This document shows positions 40,510-51,565 of a DNA stretch of 64,000 nt, piece by piece. A model generated the notes under the pieces. That model ran no database searches and had not been told where the DNA came from. It was given only the letters and a program-made list of their open reading frames with translations. The first letter of the stretch is position 1. Every line of letters begins with the position of its first letter. This stretch comes from Rebecca billardiae RCC1528 (taxonomy: Eukaryota > Protista > Haptophyta): assembly GCA_965240325.2 (NCBI GenBank), contig OZ251225.1, positions 3,038,001-3,102,000 on the forward strand, read 5' to 3'. Made by a program: the position numbers and the translations under genes.

Positions 40510-42178
40510 ACCTCGACCACCTTCTGCGTCGCCCGCCAGTTCGTCGCCGCCACCACCGTCGACAGAATGGGCAACGTGAGTATGAAGCGGAGCAGCGCAA
40601 CGCCGAGAGCGCCGACTCCGTCCAGCGCCACGCCCACGAGCTTGCCCCGGCGCGTGACGAAGCCGTGTCCGGCTAGGTGCGCGCACAGCTCGCGGCTCGG
40701 CCATGGGGCCGCCTCGCTCGCGTGCCAGCCCCCGTCCTCGCGCTGTCACGCCCCCTTCTTCTTCACCGCTGCAATCTTGTCCTGCCGCCTCAGATCGTGC
40801 GCGCGGAGAGCCGCTGGCTGCACGGGCTCGCCACTCGCAGCGCCGACGCGCTGCAGCTCGTCCTGCATCTCACCCATGTCGAGCTCGACCCAGGCACCTG
40901 TCACTGGCTCGTGCCCGCGCTGCGCCGAGGTTGCCAGGCTCCGCCGCGCCCAGAGCATCACGCCGGTGGGCGCTCGCTGCGCTGCCACCTGCTGCCCTGC
41001 CGCAGCGGCGGCGGCCGCCGCCGTCGGCTGCGCGCTCGGCTCGGCTCGTCAAGCCAGCGCGCACCGACCTTGCCCTTGTGCAGGGCAGCAGCGACTGCGG
41101 GCCCGTGCATGACAAGCGCCGTTGCGTCGGCCCAATCCGACACATCACCGCCTGCCTCGCAGCGGCTCTGAGTCTCGAACGTGACCATGGATCTCGGGCT
41201 CATCACCGGCTTGCCCTTGGTCCACTCCTGCCAGTCCTCCTCCTTGAAGCGACGGGCCATCGCCGCGGGGTCAGCGCACATCTGCACCCTCGCTGGCAGC
41301 AGCCGCTCTGCGGCGGCCAGCTCGAGCGCGAGAAGGCGGAAGTCGTACGAGTCGCCGCCGTGCGCACACAGAATGCCATCAAACCCGGTGTCCGTGATGA
41401 TCTCCTTCATCCAATCCAGCAGACCGTCCACCTCCGATGCGAAGTCCGGCTTGGTCGCCACGGCCTCGGCCGTGAGCGCATGCCACTCCGGGTCAGGTGC
41501 GATGGACACTCCCGCCGTGTTGAACTTGCCCGCCCACGCACCCACCTTGATCGGCTCCAGCTCGGCCTCAGCATCTTCATCTGGCCCCGGAAGAAGTGTG
41601 TTGATGCTGGCGACGATATGGAGCTCGACCAGCCGATGCCTGGCTGCACCGGCGCTCCCGCACGCGCCGTGGTGCCGATCGCGCGGAGAGAGAAGTACAC
41701 ACACTCCTGCTTCGCGTCCGGCTTCACCGTCCCGCCCTCGCGCGACACAGGGACGCGCGCCGGCTCGGCCGCGAGTGCTGCTCGGCCGCGAGTGCTGCAG
41801 CCGGCAGAGTCAGGCCACCATCGGCGTCCTCCTCTGCGTCCTCGGCAACGACCATAGGCTCGGCAGCGTCGACGAACATGTGCTCGCCACTATCTGGCGC
41901 ATCGCCCTGAGCGCGCGCCATGTTCGCCTCCTCGACGCCGCATGTTCGTCATGCGAGCCGCAAGGCGGAGCGACGGGATCATCATGATGCTCGTCCGCAT
42001 CCATGTAGCCGGACACGTACGTGTTCTCCGCCTCGGGCTCCCCGGAACGATCGAGCACGTCGGACTCGTCGTCGTCAATCCCGCCGCCGCCAGCCGATGA
42101 CGGACTCAGCTAACCCGCCGCCGCGTGACCGCCGCCACCCAGCCATTGGCCGACACGTGCGAACAAGGTGCGCCATGA
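40510..42178 (-). pseudogene. Frameshifted DEDD/DnaQ-like 3'-5' exonuclease gene, possibly the N-terminal part of a piggyBac-like transposase
   Basis: WHALTAEAVATKPDF...LLDWM...LCAHGGDSYDFRLLALEL...CADP resembles ExoII of DnaQ-like nucleases. Acidic N-terminal segments lie in different frames; in-frame TGA at ~40746; FILTLPILSTVVAATNWRATQK precedes a GTGCGG donor. Confidence 0.55.
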
Positions 42179-42371
42179 TGCTCGTTCCCGCCCTCCGCCC
42201 GAAAAACGACCAACGATTTCCACGGAGCCTACGGATAGCGTGGCGGCGAGGCGAACCGGCGTCCGGCCGTTGTTTGCCGCGCTCGCGCGCTCGCCGCCGC
42301 CGCGACCCGTGCGCGTCCGTCGGCAGCGGCTCGGCAGCCTGAGCCCCGCACTGCCGTATCACGGCATCCAC

Positions 42372-43054
42372 CTACTGGCCGCCGCCTGCGTCGAGGTCGA
42401 TGACGTCACCATCGCCGCCAAAGTCGTCGCGCATGCGGCTGCGCCGCTCAGGTGCGCCTGTGCGCATCGCTTCGGCCGCGGTGGCAGGCTCTGAGTCGCG
42501 CAGCCCGTGCACCTGCGCAGCGAGTGCCCCCTGCTCCGTGAGCGCGCGGCTCTGCTGCTCGTTCGCTCGGTCCACGCTGCGGCCGATGCGCAGCAGGGCC
42601 TTGTGCACCGAGTCGGCGAAGCCGCCCGCCGGGTTTGTTGCGCCGGCGCGCTCGGCGTCCGGCGCGCGGAACTCCCGGCCGTACTTGCGCATCACGTGTG
42701 TCGCCATCACCGCGCCGAACAGCTCGGTCAGGTCGCGCAGGCCGAGGTGCGAGCCCTTCTTGAGCAGCGTCTGCTGCGAGCGCATGAGCACGCGCGCCAT
42801 GTGCGCATCGTCCACGGCCGTCGCTTCCTCCGAGAGAGCGGCGATCAGCTGCGCGCGCCGCTCGGCCGAGAGCGCGCCGCCTGCGGCCGGCTTGGCGGAC
42901 AGCCGGCTTCCGGGGCTGCGCACGCGCCGCAGGGAGCGCACGCGCGGCAGCCGGCGGGCCGCGTCGCCGCCCTCGGGCGCCGTGGTGGGCGCCGCCGCGC
43001 CCGCGCGAGCGTCGGCCCCGTCGGCCAGCGTCCCCTCGGCCGGCTTGACGGTTG

Positions 43055-43085
<31 letters not shown>

Positions 43086-43088
43086 GCC

Positions 43089-43119
<31 letters not shown>

Positions 43120-45976
43120 CCGCTGGCCCAGCGCGCGCGCGCGCGTGCGCACGCTGTGAGCGCCCAGCGCGCGCCCTCGCGCACGTCCTGGGCGAGGTTG
43201 ATGCCCACGTCCAACCCGATTGCAAAGAGGGTGGGCTCGTCCTCCGCCGACTGCCGCGCGAGGATGTACGCGTCGATGACGATCGCGAGCAGCACGTTGA
43301 GCAGCAGCAGGTAGCACGTGGCAATGTACAGCCTGGCGGGCAGCAGGGCGCGCGGGTGAGCGCGGCGCCGGTGCGTGTGCGCGGGGCGGCGCGCGTGCCG
43401 TGAGCGACGGCGGGCGCGGGCCGCCGTCCCCGGGGTGCCTCGCCCGCGCGCACGTGCGCGCCCGCGCGCCCCGGTGCCGTCTCCTCACCAGAAGAAGACG
43501 TGCCCGATCTGCGCGAACTCGAGGTCCGTGAACGCGCGGTGGTCGAACGCGCCGATCAGCACGAGCAGCAGCGTGGACACCGCGGCGCCGAGGGTGTTGA
43601 ACGCGTCGCTGCTGCCGAGCAGCAGCGTCGCCGCCACGCCGAAGCCGAGGGTGATCAGCGAGAAGAGGACGAAGAAGTAGGAGAGGTCGGCGCGCGCGTT
43701 GGCCACGATGCTCGAGATGGTCGACAGCCGGCGGTGGAAGAGGCAGTACTGCGGAGGCGGCGGGGCAGGCGGAGCGGTGGCGGCGCGCCAAGCAGCTCGG
43801 CCGCAAGGCGCGCGCGCGCACGCGCGGCGCGTGCGCGCGCGCGCACGCGCACCTTGAACATGCGCTGCAGCAGGCACACGATCGCGAAGCTGCCCGCGTA
43901 CGCCATGGACGAGGACACGGCGCTCGAGTCCATCACCAAGAACGTGAGCGTGACGAGCGCGCTCAGCAGCACGTTGTCGTCTGCGCTCAGGCTGCCGCTG
44001 CTGGACGTGCGCGCGTCCACGACGGTGAAGACGGCGTTGGACTGCGCGGTGTACGCCTCGAGCACGCCCGCGAGCACGGCGTACCCCCAGCACGCGCCGA
44101 GCGCGACGAGCTCGATGAGCAGCCAGAGCGGGTGCTGCGCCGCGTGCTCGGCGGCGCGCAGCGCGCGCGCCGCGCCGCCCGAAATGTGCGAGCCCCAAGT
44201 GCTCAGCCCGAGCATGTTTGAGCCGACTGAGGTGCCGAAGGCGGAGCGCTCGCGGAGGAGCAGCCGGCGGCCGCGCGACACGCGCTTGCGCAGCTGCGCC
44301 AGCCACGCCTTCAGCCGCGCCTCGAGCTCGGACTGGCACGCGACGAGCGCGCGGCCCGCGCGCAGCAGCAGCAGAACGGAGTCGAGCACGATCAGCCCAA
44401 ACACGACGATTGTCAGCGGCCGGCCGCGCACACGGAACTCGAGCGGCGTCGAGGCGACGTGGAGCGAGCGCTGCACGGCGCCGCCCGGGGTGTAGTCGAA
44501 GCGCGCGCGCGCGCTCGCGAACCGGCCGATATTGCCGTTGTACACGTTGAGCGTGAGGAAGATGGACGCGGTCGAGAGGTCGAGCCAGCCGTCCGCGCGC
44601 GACTGCGCGAGCACGCTCGCCGAGAAGCCGGGGGGCACTCCGCCAAACTGGCCGACGTCGAGCGGCAGGATGAAGAGGAGGCGGCTCGGGATGTCGTCGA
44701 TCAGCGCGTCCGTCGACTCGTACACCGTGCGCTCGCCGCCGATCTCGCCGAGCGGCCGCACCCCCGAGTCCTCGCCCTCGCCAAACTCCGCCGGCCGGTA
44801 CACCGTCCCAGACAGCTGCCCGCGGAACGGCTCGGACGAGAGCCGCGAAGGGTGGACGCACCGCTCGAGGAAGCGCTCGTACCGCGGGCACTCGCGCGTG
44901 TCGTACCGCGCCTGCCACACGAAGAGGCCGCCGATGATGCGGTTCGACTTGTCCAGCATCCCGCTCAGCAGCTCGCCCGCTGGCTCCGCCTCGAGCCGTC
45001 GGCGGCCGGGCGGCGTGCGCGGCGCGCGCGCGCTCGGCTGCGGCTGCGGCTGCGGCCGTGGCTGCGGCGGCGGCGGCGGTGGCTCGTCGGCCGAGGCGAG
45101 GGCGCGTGCGCCGCCCGAGGTGGCGTTGCTGCCACCGTCCCGCGCGGCGCACGCGGGCTCGGCCGGAAAGACGGTGCAGTGCGCGTCGATCAGCGCGGCA
45201 CAGGCCGTCGCGGCCGACGGCACTTCCTCGGCCGCGGCCGAGCTGTTGCCCTCCGAGCTCGCCGCGGGCGGCGCGCTGCCGTCGGCCGCCCACGGGGCGC
45301 ACACGGTGTTGGCGCACGGGTTGGTCGGCCCGGGCGCGGCATACGCGCACGGCGCGCCGCCACCGGCGCCCGCTGGCGGCGCGAACGTGGCGCAGGCCGC
45401 GTCGGACGGGTGCGCGGCGCAGTGCGCGCCGATCAGCCGCGCGCACGCGGCCGCGTCCGCGTCCACACGCGCGCCCTCGCCGAAGAGCGTGTGCGCGCAC
45501 ACGGCGTTGAGGCACGGGGACGTGGGCGCGCTCGCCGCGCCGAAGGGGCAGTACGTCGAGCGCATGAACGTGTCGTAAGACGCGCGGTCGCGCCGCGCCT
45601 GGCCCGTGTCGTACAGCGCGCGCGACAGCGCCTCGATGTACGCCCACGTGCTGTCGATGTCGACGACGTCCTCGCGCGTGGTGGGGAGCTGGTCCGAGTC
45701 GAACGCCTCGACCAACTGGCGCTCCATGCGGTACGCCGCCTGCTGGTTCGTCGTGATGCTCACGAAGCTGATGATGACCGAGACGTACCCGAGATACCCG
45801 AGCCAGCTCGCAAAACCGCTGCGCCGCCGCCGCGCGACGTGGATCGAGGCGAAGAGCACGGAGAGCGGCACGCGACGTGCGAGCATGCGCTTCCGTACCG
45901 CCTTCCCGCGCCACACCGCAGCCATGCGAGTGGCCGCCCGCACGCCCGGCTCGCTGGGCGTCGCGGGCGTCTCCAT
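42372..45976 (-). CDS. PKD2: Polycystin-2 / TRPP-family cation channel, paralog A, ~1114 aa. Exons 45976-43853, 43748-43489, 43332-42372
   Basis: TOP-domain DGWLDLSTASIFLTLNVYNGNIGRF...FDYTPGG; S4 LLQRMFKYCLFHRRL; S5-pore-S6 DLSYFFVLF...FNTLGAAVSTLLLVLIGAFD...FFWLYIATCYLLLLNVLLAIVIDAY. Two frame-preserving GT-AG introns. Symbol is family-level. Confidence 0.9.
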
Positions 45977-46171
45977 CGCGCCGCGCCGCCGGCTGGCAAG
46001 CTGGTAGTACGGCCGCGAGCGCGCGCGCCGCGCGGAGAAGCACTTGTGGTCTTAGTACGGTAACGCCCACCGTTTCTTTACAGGAGCATCTAGATACAGT
46101 TTACTAAGAATACAGGTGCATCTAATCTCCCGTCACGGTCGAGCACCCCTCGCTAGGCGAGGGGTGCGGCG

Positions 46172-46936
46172 GAAAGGACAGTGGGACACAGGGGACTTTG
46201 GTCCCGCGCCCCTCTCGCGGGCTCTGGCGCGCGAACGCTCTGTCACTACTGGCCGCCGAGCCGTAGATTGGCGCTCCGTGCACCAACAAAGACATCCCCA
46301 GCCGCATGTTGCCACTCGACACCTCGTCTCGCCTCGCGCGGAGCCAACTTGTGGTGTGCGGGAGCCACCTGTAGCACACTGGGCCGTGTAGCGACGCGCG
46401 TGGCGGGTCAACAGTGCATCGCGAGGGCGTCGCACGCGCAATCCGTTGAGTACATACTCATGTCTGTCCCATGGCACGTCATGCACCGCCTGTCGACACC
46501 TCGTCTCGCTTCGCGCGGAGCCAACTTGTGGTGTGCGGGAGCTACCCGAAGCACAGGCTTTGCTGCACGCGGCGCGTCGCGAGTCGGGAGTGCATCGGAG
46601 CACACGGCGGCGCATGACGTGCCATGGGACAGACATGAGTATGTACCCAACGGATTGCGCGTGCGACGCCTTCGCGATGCGCTGTTGACCCGCCATGCGC
46701 GTCGCTACACGGCCCAGTGTGCTACGGGTGGCTCCCGCCGAGGCTCCCGCACACCACAAGTTGGCTCCGCGCGAGGCGAGACGAGGTGTCGAGTGACAAC
46801 ATGCGGCTGGGGATGTCTTTGTTGGTGTACGGAGCGCCAATCTACGGCTCGGCGGCCAGTAGTGACAGAGCGTTCGCGCGCCAGAGCCCGCGAGAGGGGC
46901 GCGGGACCAAAGTCCCCTGTGTCCCACTGTCCTTTC
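46172..46936. mobile_element. Long inverted repeat / foldback (MITE-like) element, ~313-bp arms around an ~125-bp spacer
   Basis: 46172-46484 is the reverse complement of ~46612-46936, with about seven substitutions and one 12-bp insertion. No TSD found, so transposon origin is inferred; the palindrome itself is certain. Confidence 0.7.
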
Positions 46937-47089
46937 TGTTGGCGATGTCGCATCTGCACTCTGCAGGCGAGTAATCAAAGGAGTGCAAGGCAAGGCCGTT
47001 GTTTCACTTGTTTGTGATCACCGTTATTACGTCTATTTGTAACGCCGGCCGGGCGGGTGCCGAACTGCCGATCGGCCGACCGGGTTAGC

Positions 47090-48460
47090 ATGGGGTCATC
47101 CTCATCGATCGCACGCCCCTGCTCACTTGCCTACTACTGCGCACTCGTCGCGCTCGCAGTCGCGCGTCGCGATGGGATCAGCTTCCCCACGTTTGCAGCT
47201 GACGCAGCCGTCCATGCGCTCGTGGTTGATCCGCCGCGCGTGAGCGATCGCGGCCTGCACACCATCACGACGCACGCCACCGCGCTGCGCATCGTCATGC
47301 GCGAGCGCAAGCGCTGGCTGAGCGACACTGTGACGGTTGCAGCCGAGCATACGCCGATGTTTTGGCTATTCACGCCGCAGCGCAACGAGACCGAGCGCAG
47401 AGTCGAGTGCAACATGGGCTGCGTGTGGATGCGCCGCGTTGGCTCTGACACCCGAGCCAATGCGACTGCCTTCGTCCTCGACAAGCCGTACAGGCCTGGC
47501 CGGCTCAAGCACGTTCGGCAAAGCGCCCAACGCGTGATCTTTGCGAGCCCCGAGAACCGCGCCGGCCACGCGGAGGCGAGGACGCTCGCGCAGAAAGGCC
47601 GCCAGGGCGAGCGCGTCTTCGCGCCGCGCGACATCCTCGTCTCGTATGAGCTGGACGCGACGGTGCCGGGCGTCAATTACATGGGCTCGCTGCTGAACCA
47701 GTCGCCGGACCTGTCGCGGCAGCAGCCGTTGCCGGGCGCCGAGGCCGGGGCTCAGCCGACGGAGCGGCCCGGGGGGCGGGCGCCTCTCGGCGCGAGCGGC
47801 CTGCCGCTCCAGGACCCGCAGCGCAAGCGGCGCGACGCCGCCGTTGCCGCGTTCATCTCCAATTGCAATGGACCTGCCGGCGGCGGCGCGGGTCGACTCG
47901 ACGTGCTGCGCGCGTTGGCCTCGCACGGCGTGCCCGTGCACCAGTATGGCAAGTGTGAGCACACCCAGGGCCTAGCCGCGGACGACGGGCCAGCGCACCA
48001 CAGCTCGGCCGTCCGCTGGAGCGGCAAGGCGCGCCGCGCAGCCGACTACCGATTCTTTGCCGCGTTCGAAAATTCGCAGACGATCGACTACGTCACGGAG
48101 AAGGTATTCGACGCGCTCAGGTTGGGCACGGTGCCGCTGTACCTCGGCGCGCCCAATGTGCACGACCTGCTGCCGTGCGAGCCACCGGAGCGCTGCGTGA
48201 TCGAAGTCCGCCGCTTCGTCGATCGCGACGGCCTCTTCGACGCGCCGCAGCTGGCGGCGCACCTGCAGCACCTCGCCACCAACGACACGGCGTACCTCGA
48301 GTACCACAGCTGGCGCGCCAAGCCGCTCCCGCAGCGCGTGCTCGACCTGGCCGAGATCCACCGCCACGAGGTGGCATGCCGCGTGTGCCACTGCATCGCA
48401 GGTCGGCTGCCCGGCTGTCGCCAGACCACAGCCCTCGGGAAGGCTGCTGCTGTCATCTAA
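47090..48460 (+). CDS. Alpha-1,3-fucosyltransferase (GT10 family)
   Basis: N-terminal hydrophobic anchor; AAFISNC; VHQYGKC; signature YRFFAAFENSQTIDYVTEKVFDALRLGTVPLYLGAPNV; AYLEYHSWR. Confidence 0.93.
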   Translation: MGSSSSIARPCSLAYYCALVALAVARRDGISFPTFAADAAVHALVVDPPRVSDRGLHTITTHATALRIVMRERKRWLSDTVTVAAEHTPMFWLFTPQRNETERRVECNMGCVWMRRVGSDTRANATAFVLDKPYRPGRLKHVRQSAQRVIFASPENRAGHAEARTLAQKGRQGERVFAPRDILVSYELDATVPGVNYMGSLLNQSPDLSRQQPLPGAEAGAQPTERPGGRAPLGASGLPLQDPQRKRRDAAVAAFISNCNGPAGGGAGRLDVLRALASHGVPVHQYGKCEHTQGLAADDGPAHHSSAVRWSGKARRAADYRFFAAFENSQTIDYVTEKVFDALRLGTVPLYLGAPNVHDLLPCEPPERCVIEVRRFVDRDGLFDAPQLAAHLQHLATNDTAYLEYHSWRAKPLPQRVLDLAEIHRHEVACRVCHCIAGRLPGCRQTTALGKAAAVI

Positions 48461-49736
48461 CGTTAATTACGTTTACTGCGCGCGCGCCATTGCCATTGGT
48501 CAGTGACGTCGGACGTGTATGCGCGTGCGTTCATTCGTCCGTTCAGACTTCAGTTGGAGTCTGCTATTGACCACAGCAGCTTGGCCTACTTTTGACCGGC
48601 GCATCATCGTAGTCGCGAACTACTCCACTTGCATATGACACTGAGACTTTAGATCGACTGACGACGAGTATGACCGCGTTCCGCGGTCCGTCGGTCTCGG
48701 ACCGTAGACGGTAGAATTCGGACCAGTTGGGGGCCCGCGGTGCACCCAAGGGGCTCCCCTTGGTGCACGTTCCGTTTGAAGCAGGCAGCAGCTGATGTCG
48801 TCTGACATGTCGTAGTTCGCCTCGTCTCGGAGATAGAGCTGCCACCGCGCGATAACTGGCCGCCGGGCCGCCCGGGCCGCGCGGCCGCGGCCGGCGGCCA
48901 GTTATCGGCCGACCGGCGCGCAGGAGGCCAGTCCGCACGGAGGGGCCGCCCGCCGGCTCGCAGCCCGAGGGGGCGCACGCCTAGCACGCTGGCTGGCTAG
49001 TGCCTAGTCCTCCGGCGCGAGGTTGCGAGGTGTCGCCTCAAGACACTGCCGCACGAAGAAGTCTGGCACCGTTGAGCCAGCTGGCGGCTGCGGCCTCGAG
49101 TGAACAGACAGACAGTCACTCGGTCCAATAAACATCCCGTTGCCGCCACCCAGGAGAGCCAGCCGTGCTGCTGCGGCCAGACGATGGTGGGCAGGGGTGG
49201 CTGAGCAGGCTGCTGCGCGCGCGAGTCGTTTGCGTTGATCTGCCGGATGATCGCCTGCGCGTCGACGCGCCTTGAAACGCTCGACTTCTCGCTCACTGCT
49301 CGTGTCCACGCCGATGAGCGTGAGCACGCGCCGCGAGCTGCGCGAGAAGTTCTTGGCAGCAGGGATGCCTCGTCGCTGGGCCACGAGCAAGTGGTGTGCG
49401 CACGCACAGACGCGCACCTCCTTGAAATGCGGCTCCAGGAGCAGCGGGCGGCGGCGCCGCGGGCGGCGCGGGCGGCCGCCCGGCGAGCAGGACGATGTCT
49501 GCCCTCGCGTCGAGGTCGTTGAGGCCGGGCGCGCTGATGACGAGCCAGTGGACTCGGGCAAGTTGAGGAGCGGCACTCTGCGCGTGTACTGTACGCGATC
49601 GCTGGGTCGTGAATGCCGCACGCCGGGAGAGAGCACGCCGAGGCGGCGCTGCAGGTAGCGAGAGCGGTTGAGAATCATGCCCGACTGACACTGCTGCCTG
49701 TATTGTCGCGTTGCTTGCTGGAAGGGCTGGCTGCAG

Positions 49737-50062
49737 GTGCCACCCAGCCCACCGGCCTGCCAACCGCTGTCGCCACCACTATCGCCGCCGGCATGCCCAC
49801 CGCCATCAACGCCACCGTCTCCGCCGCTAAGCCCGCCGCGAAGAACGCTGCCGTCGCCGCCGCCACGCCCGCCGCCACCGGGCTCGCAGCCGAGCCCGCA
49901 GCCATCACCGCCACCGTCGCCCCCTCGTCATTGTCCGCCGCCGAGCCCACCGCAGATCCCACTACCACCATCGCTACCACCATCACCGCCGGCGTCGTCA
50001 CCACCTAGTCCACCGCTGTCATCACCGTCATCATCACCACCCAGTCCGCCGCCGAGCCCAGA
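49737..50062 (+). repeat. Degenerate Ser-Pro(n) coding-like tract
   Basis: Translates PPSPPACQPLSPPLSPP...PPSPPPSP; no convincing gene context. Confidence 0.5.
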
Positions 50063-51565
50063 ACGTCGTCGCCGCCATCGTCTCTGCCGTCATTGCCGCT
50101 GCCCAGCCAGTCTCTGGGTATGTTGTCGCGCGCGGTCGTCGCGCTTGAACACTGCTACATCAGCAGGCCGGGTGGCGATCCCAGGTGCGCATGGCAACGG
50201 GTGTCAAGCAGTGTCGTCCGCTGATCGACAGGTGTACGTTCCCTACACCCATGCTGCTGCTCGGGCTCTGGCGAGTCTGGCAGAGCTGTCGGCACTGCAC
50301 ACGCGCGGGCTCGCGCGTGCACACGCGCGAGCTCGCGCACTCGGACAGTGACACTGTTATTAGTCACTGTAGCATAGATTATTACAAGTGCAGCGCACTA
50401 CTGCTGCGGAGTGAACAGCACGCACACAGCCATGGGCTCGGCATGCCTAGCACGGCCGTGAGACGGGCGGGCACGGCTGCGCTAGGGCGGCCCAGGCTAC
50501 TGCATCAACTGCCCCTGTCGCTCGCCAACACTCTAGCTGGGCCTGCTAGCTCAGCTTGTACGCATGCGGGGCCGGCGCTCAGTCGGCTCGGCGCAGTCAC
50601 TGCAACGGGCAATAGCGCTTTGTGCCCCGCTGGCCCGCCTGCTGGCGCTGCGCCAAGGTCAGCAAAGCTGTGGGCCCAGTGGGCGCGGACAGCAGCACGC
50701 GCCGCGCGCCGCATGTCTGTGCGCTGCCAGCTCGCGCACTCAAGGGGCCGCAGCCAGTGGTCATGACTGCAGCAGAACTGCAGAAGGGCACTCCAGCACC
50801 GCCGGCATGAAGACGAATGAGCGCTGAGCATGGCGAGAAACGAGTGCGACCGGCTGAGCAGAGATGCCGGCTGAAAGGTAGGCTGCTGCAAATGCATTGC
50901 CCTCGCGTGCCGCTAGATGCCGCGCCGCCTTCGTGGGCCGACCGGGCGGGCACGGCGCCCGCGCGGCTCGTGCGGCCCACGCCCGACTCTAGTCGAGCGC
51001 CGGCGGCGAGGCGCGCGAGCGGTCGATGGGCAAGCCCTCCGTCACGAGGCGGCCCGGGCGCGGACAGAGCGGACTGTCGTACCTGCCACAGCCCTCCGCG
51101 CGGGATCCGCCGCCAAAAGCGCTCGAGAGCGCCCATCCAAGCCCAGCGGCCGTCCGTGCGCGAGCGCAGCCGCTGCGCCGCCAAAGACTAGCACAGAACG
51201 CGCGCGGCGCACCGCCTCGGGCGTCGAGGCGAGGGAGCCCGGCTCGCTAAAGCCTGTGGCGGACACGCTCGCCCAGGCGCCGCCGACCTGAAACGCCCGA
51301 CTCGCTCACGCGCCCGGCGAGCGGGCGCGCAAACCTCGCGCGCCGCGCCGCCCGGGTCGCGCGTGCCGCGTGCCGAGCGCACGGGCGGCGAGCAGGCCGT
51401 GAGCCGGGCTGAGCGCGCGCTGCGGGCTCCTACGCGCGGCTGGCAGCCCGCCCAGTCCGAGCGCGCGGCCTCGCGGTGGCGCCAGTGGCCGCGAAGCTGC
51501 GGCCAGCGCGGCGGCGCGCGGCCACCGCTGTGCAGCAAGCAAGAGTGGGTCGGTTGCCTCGCACC

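Noticed and set aside
50350-51500. ORFs upstream of channel paralog B
   Set aside because: Low-complexity Arg/Ala translations with no domain signal.
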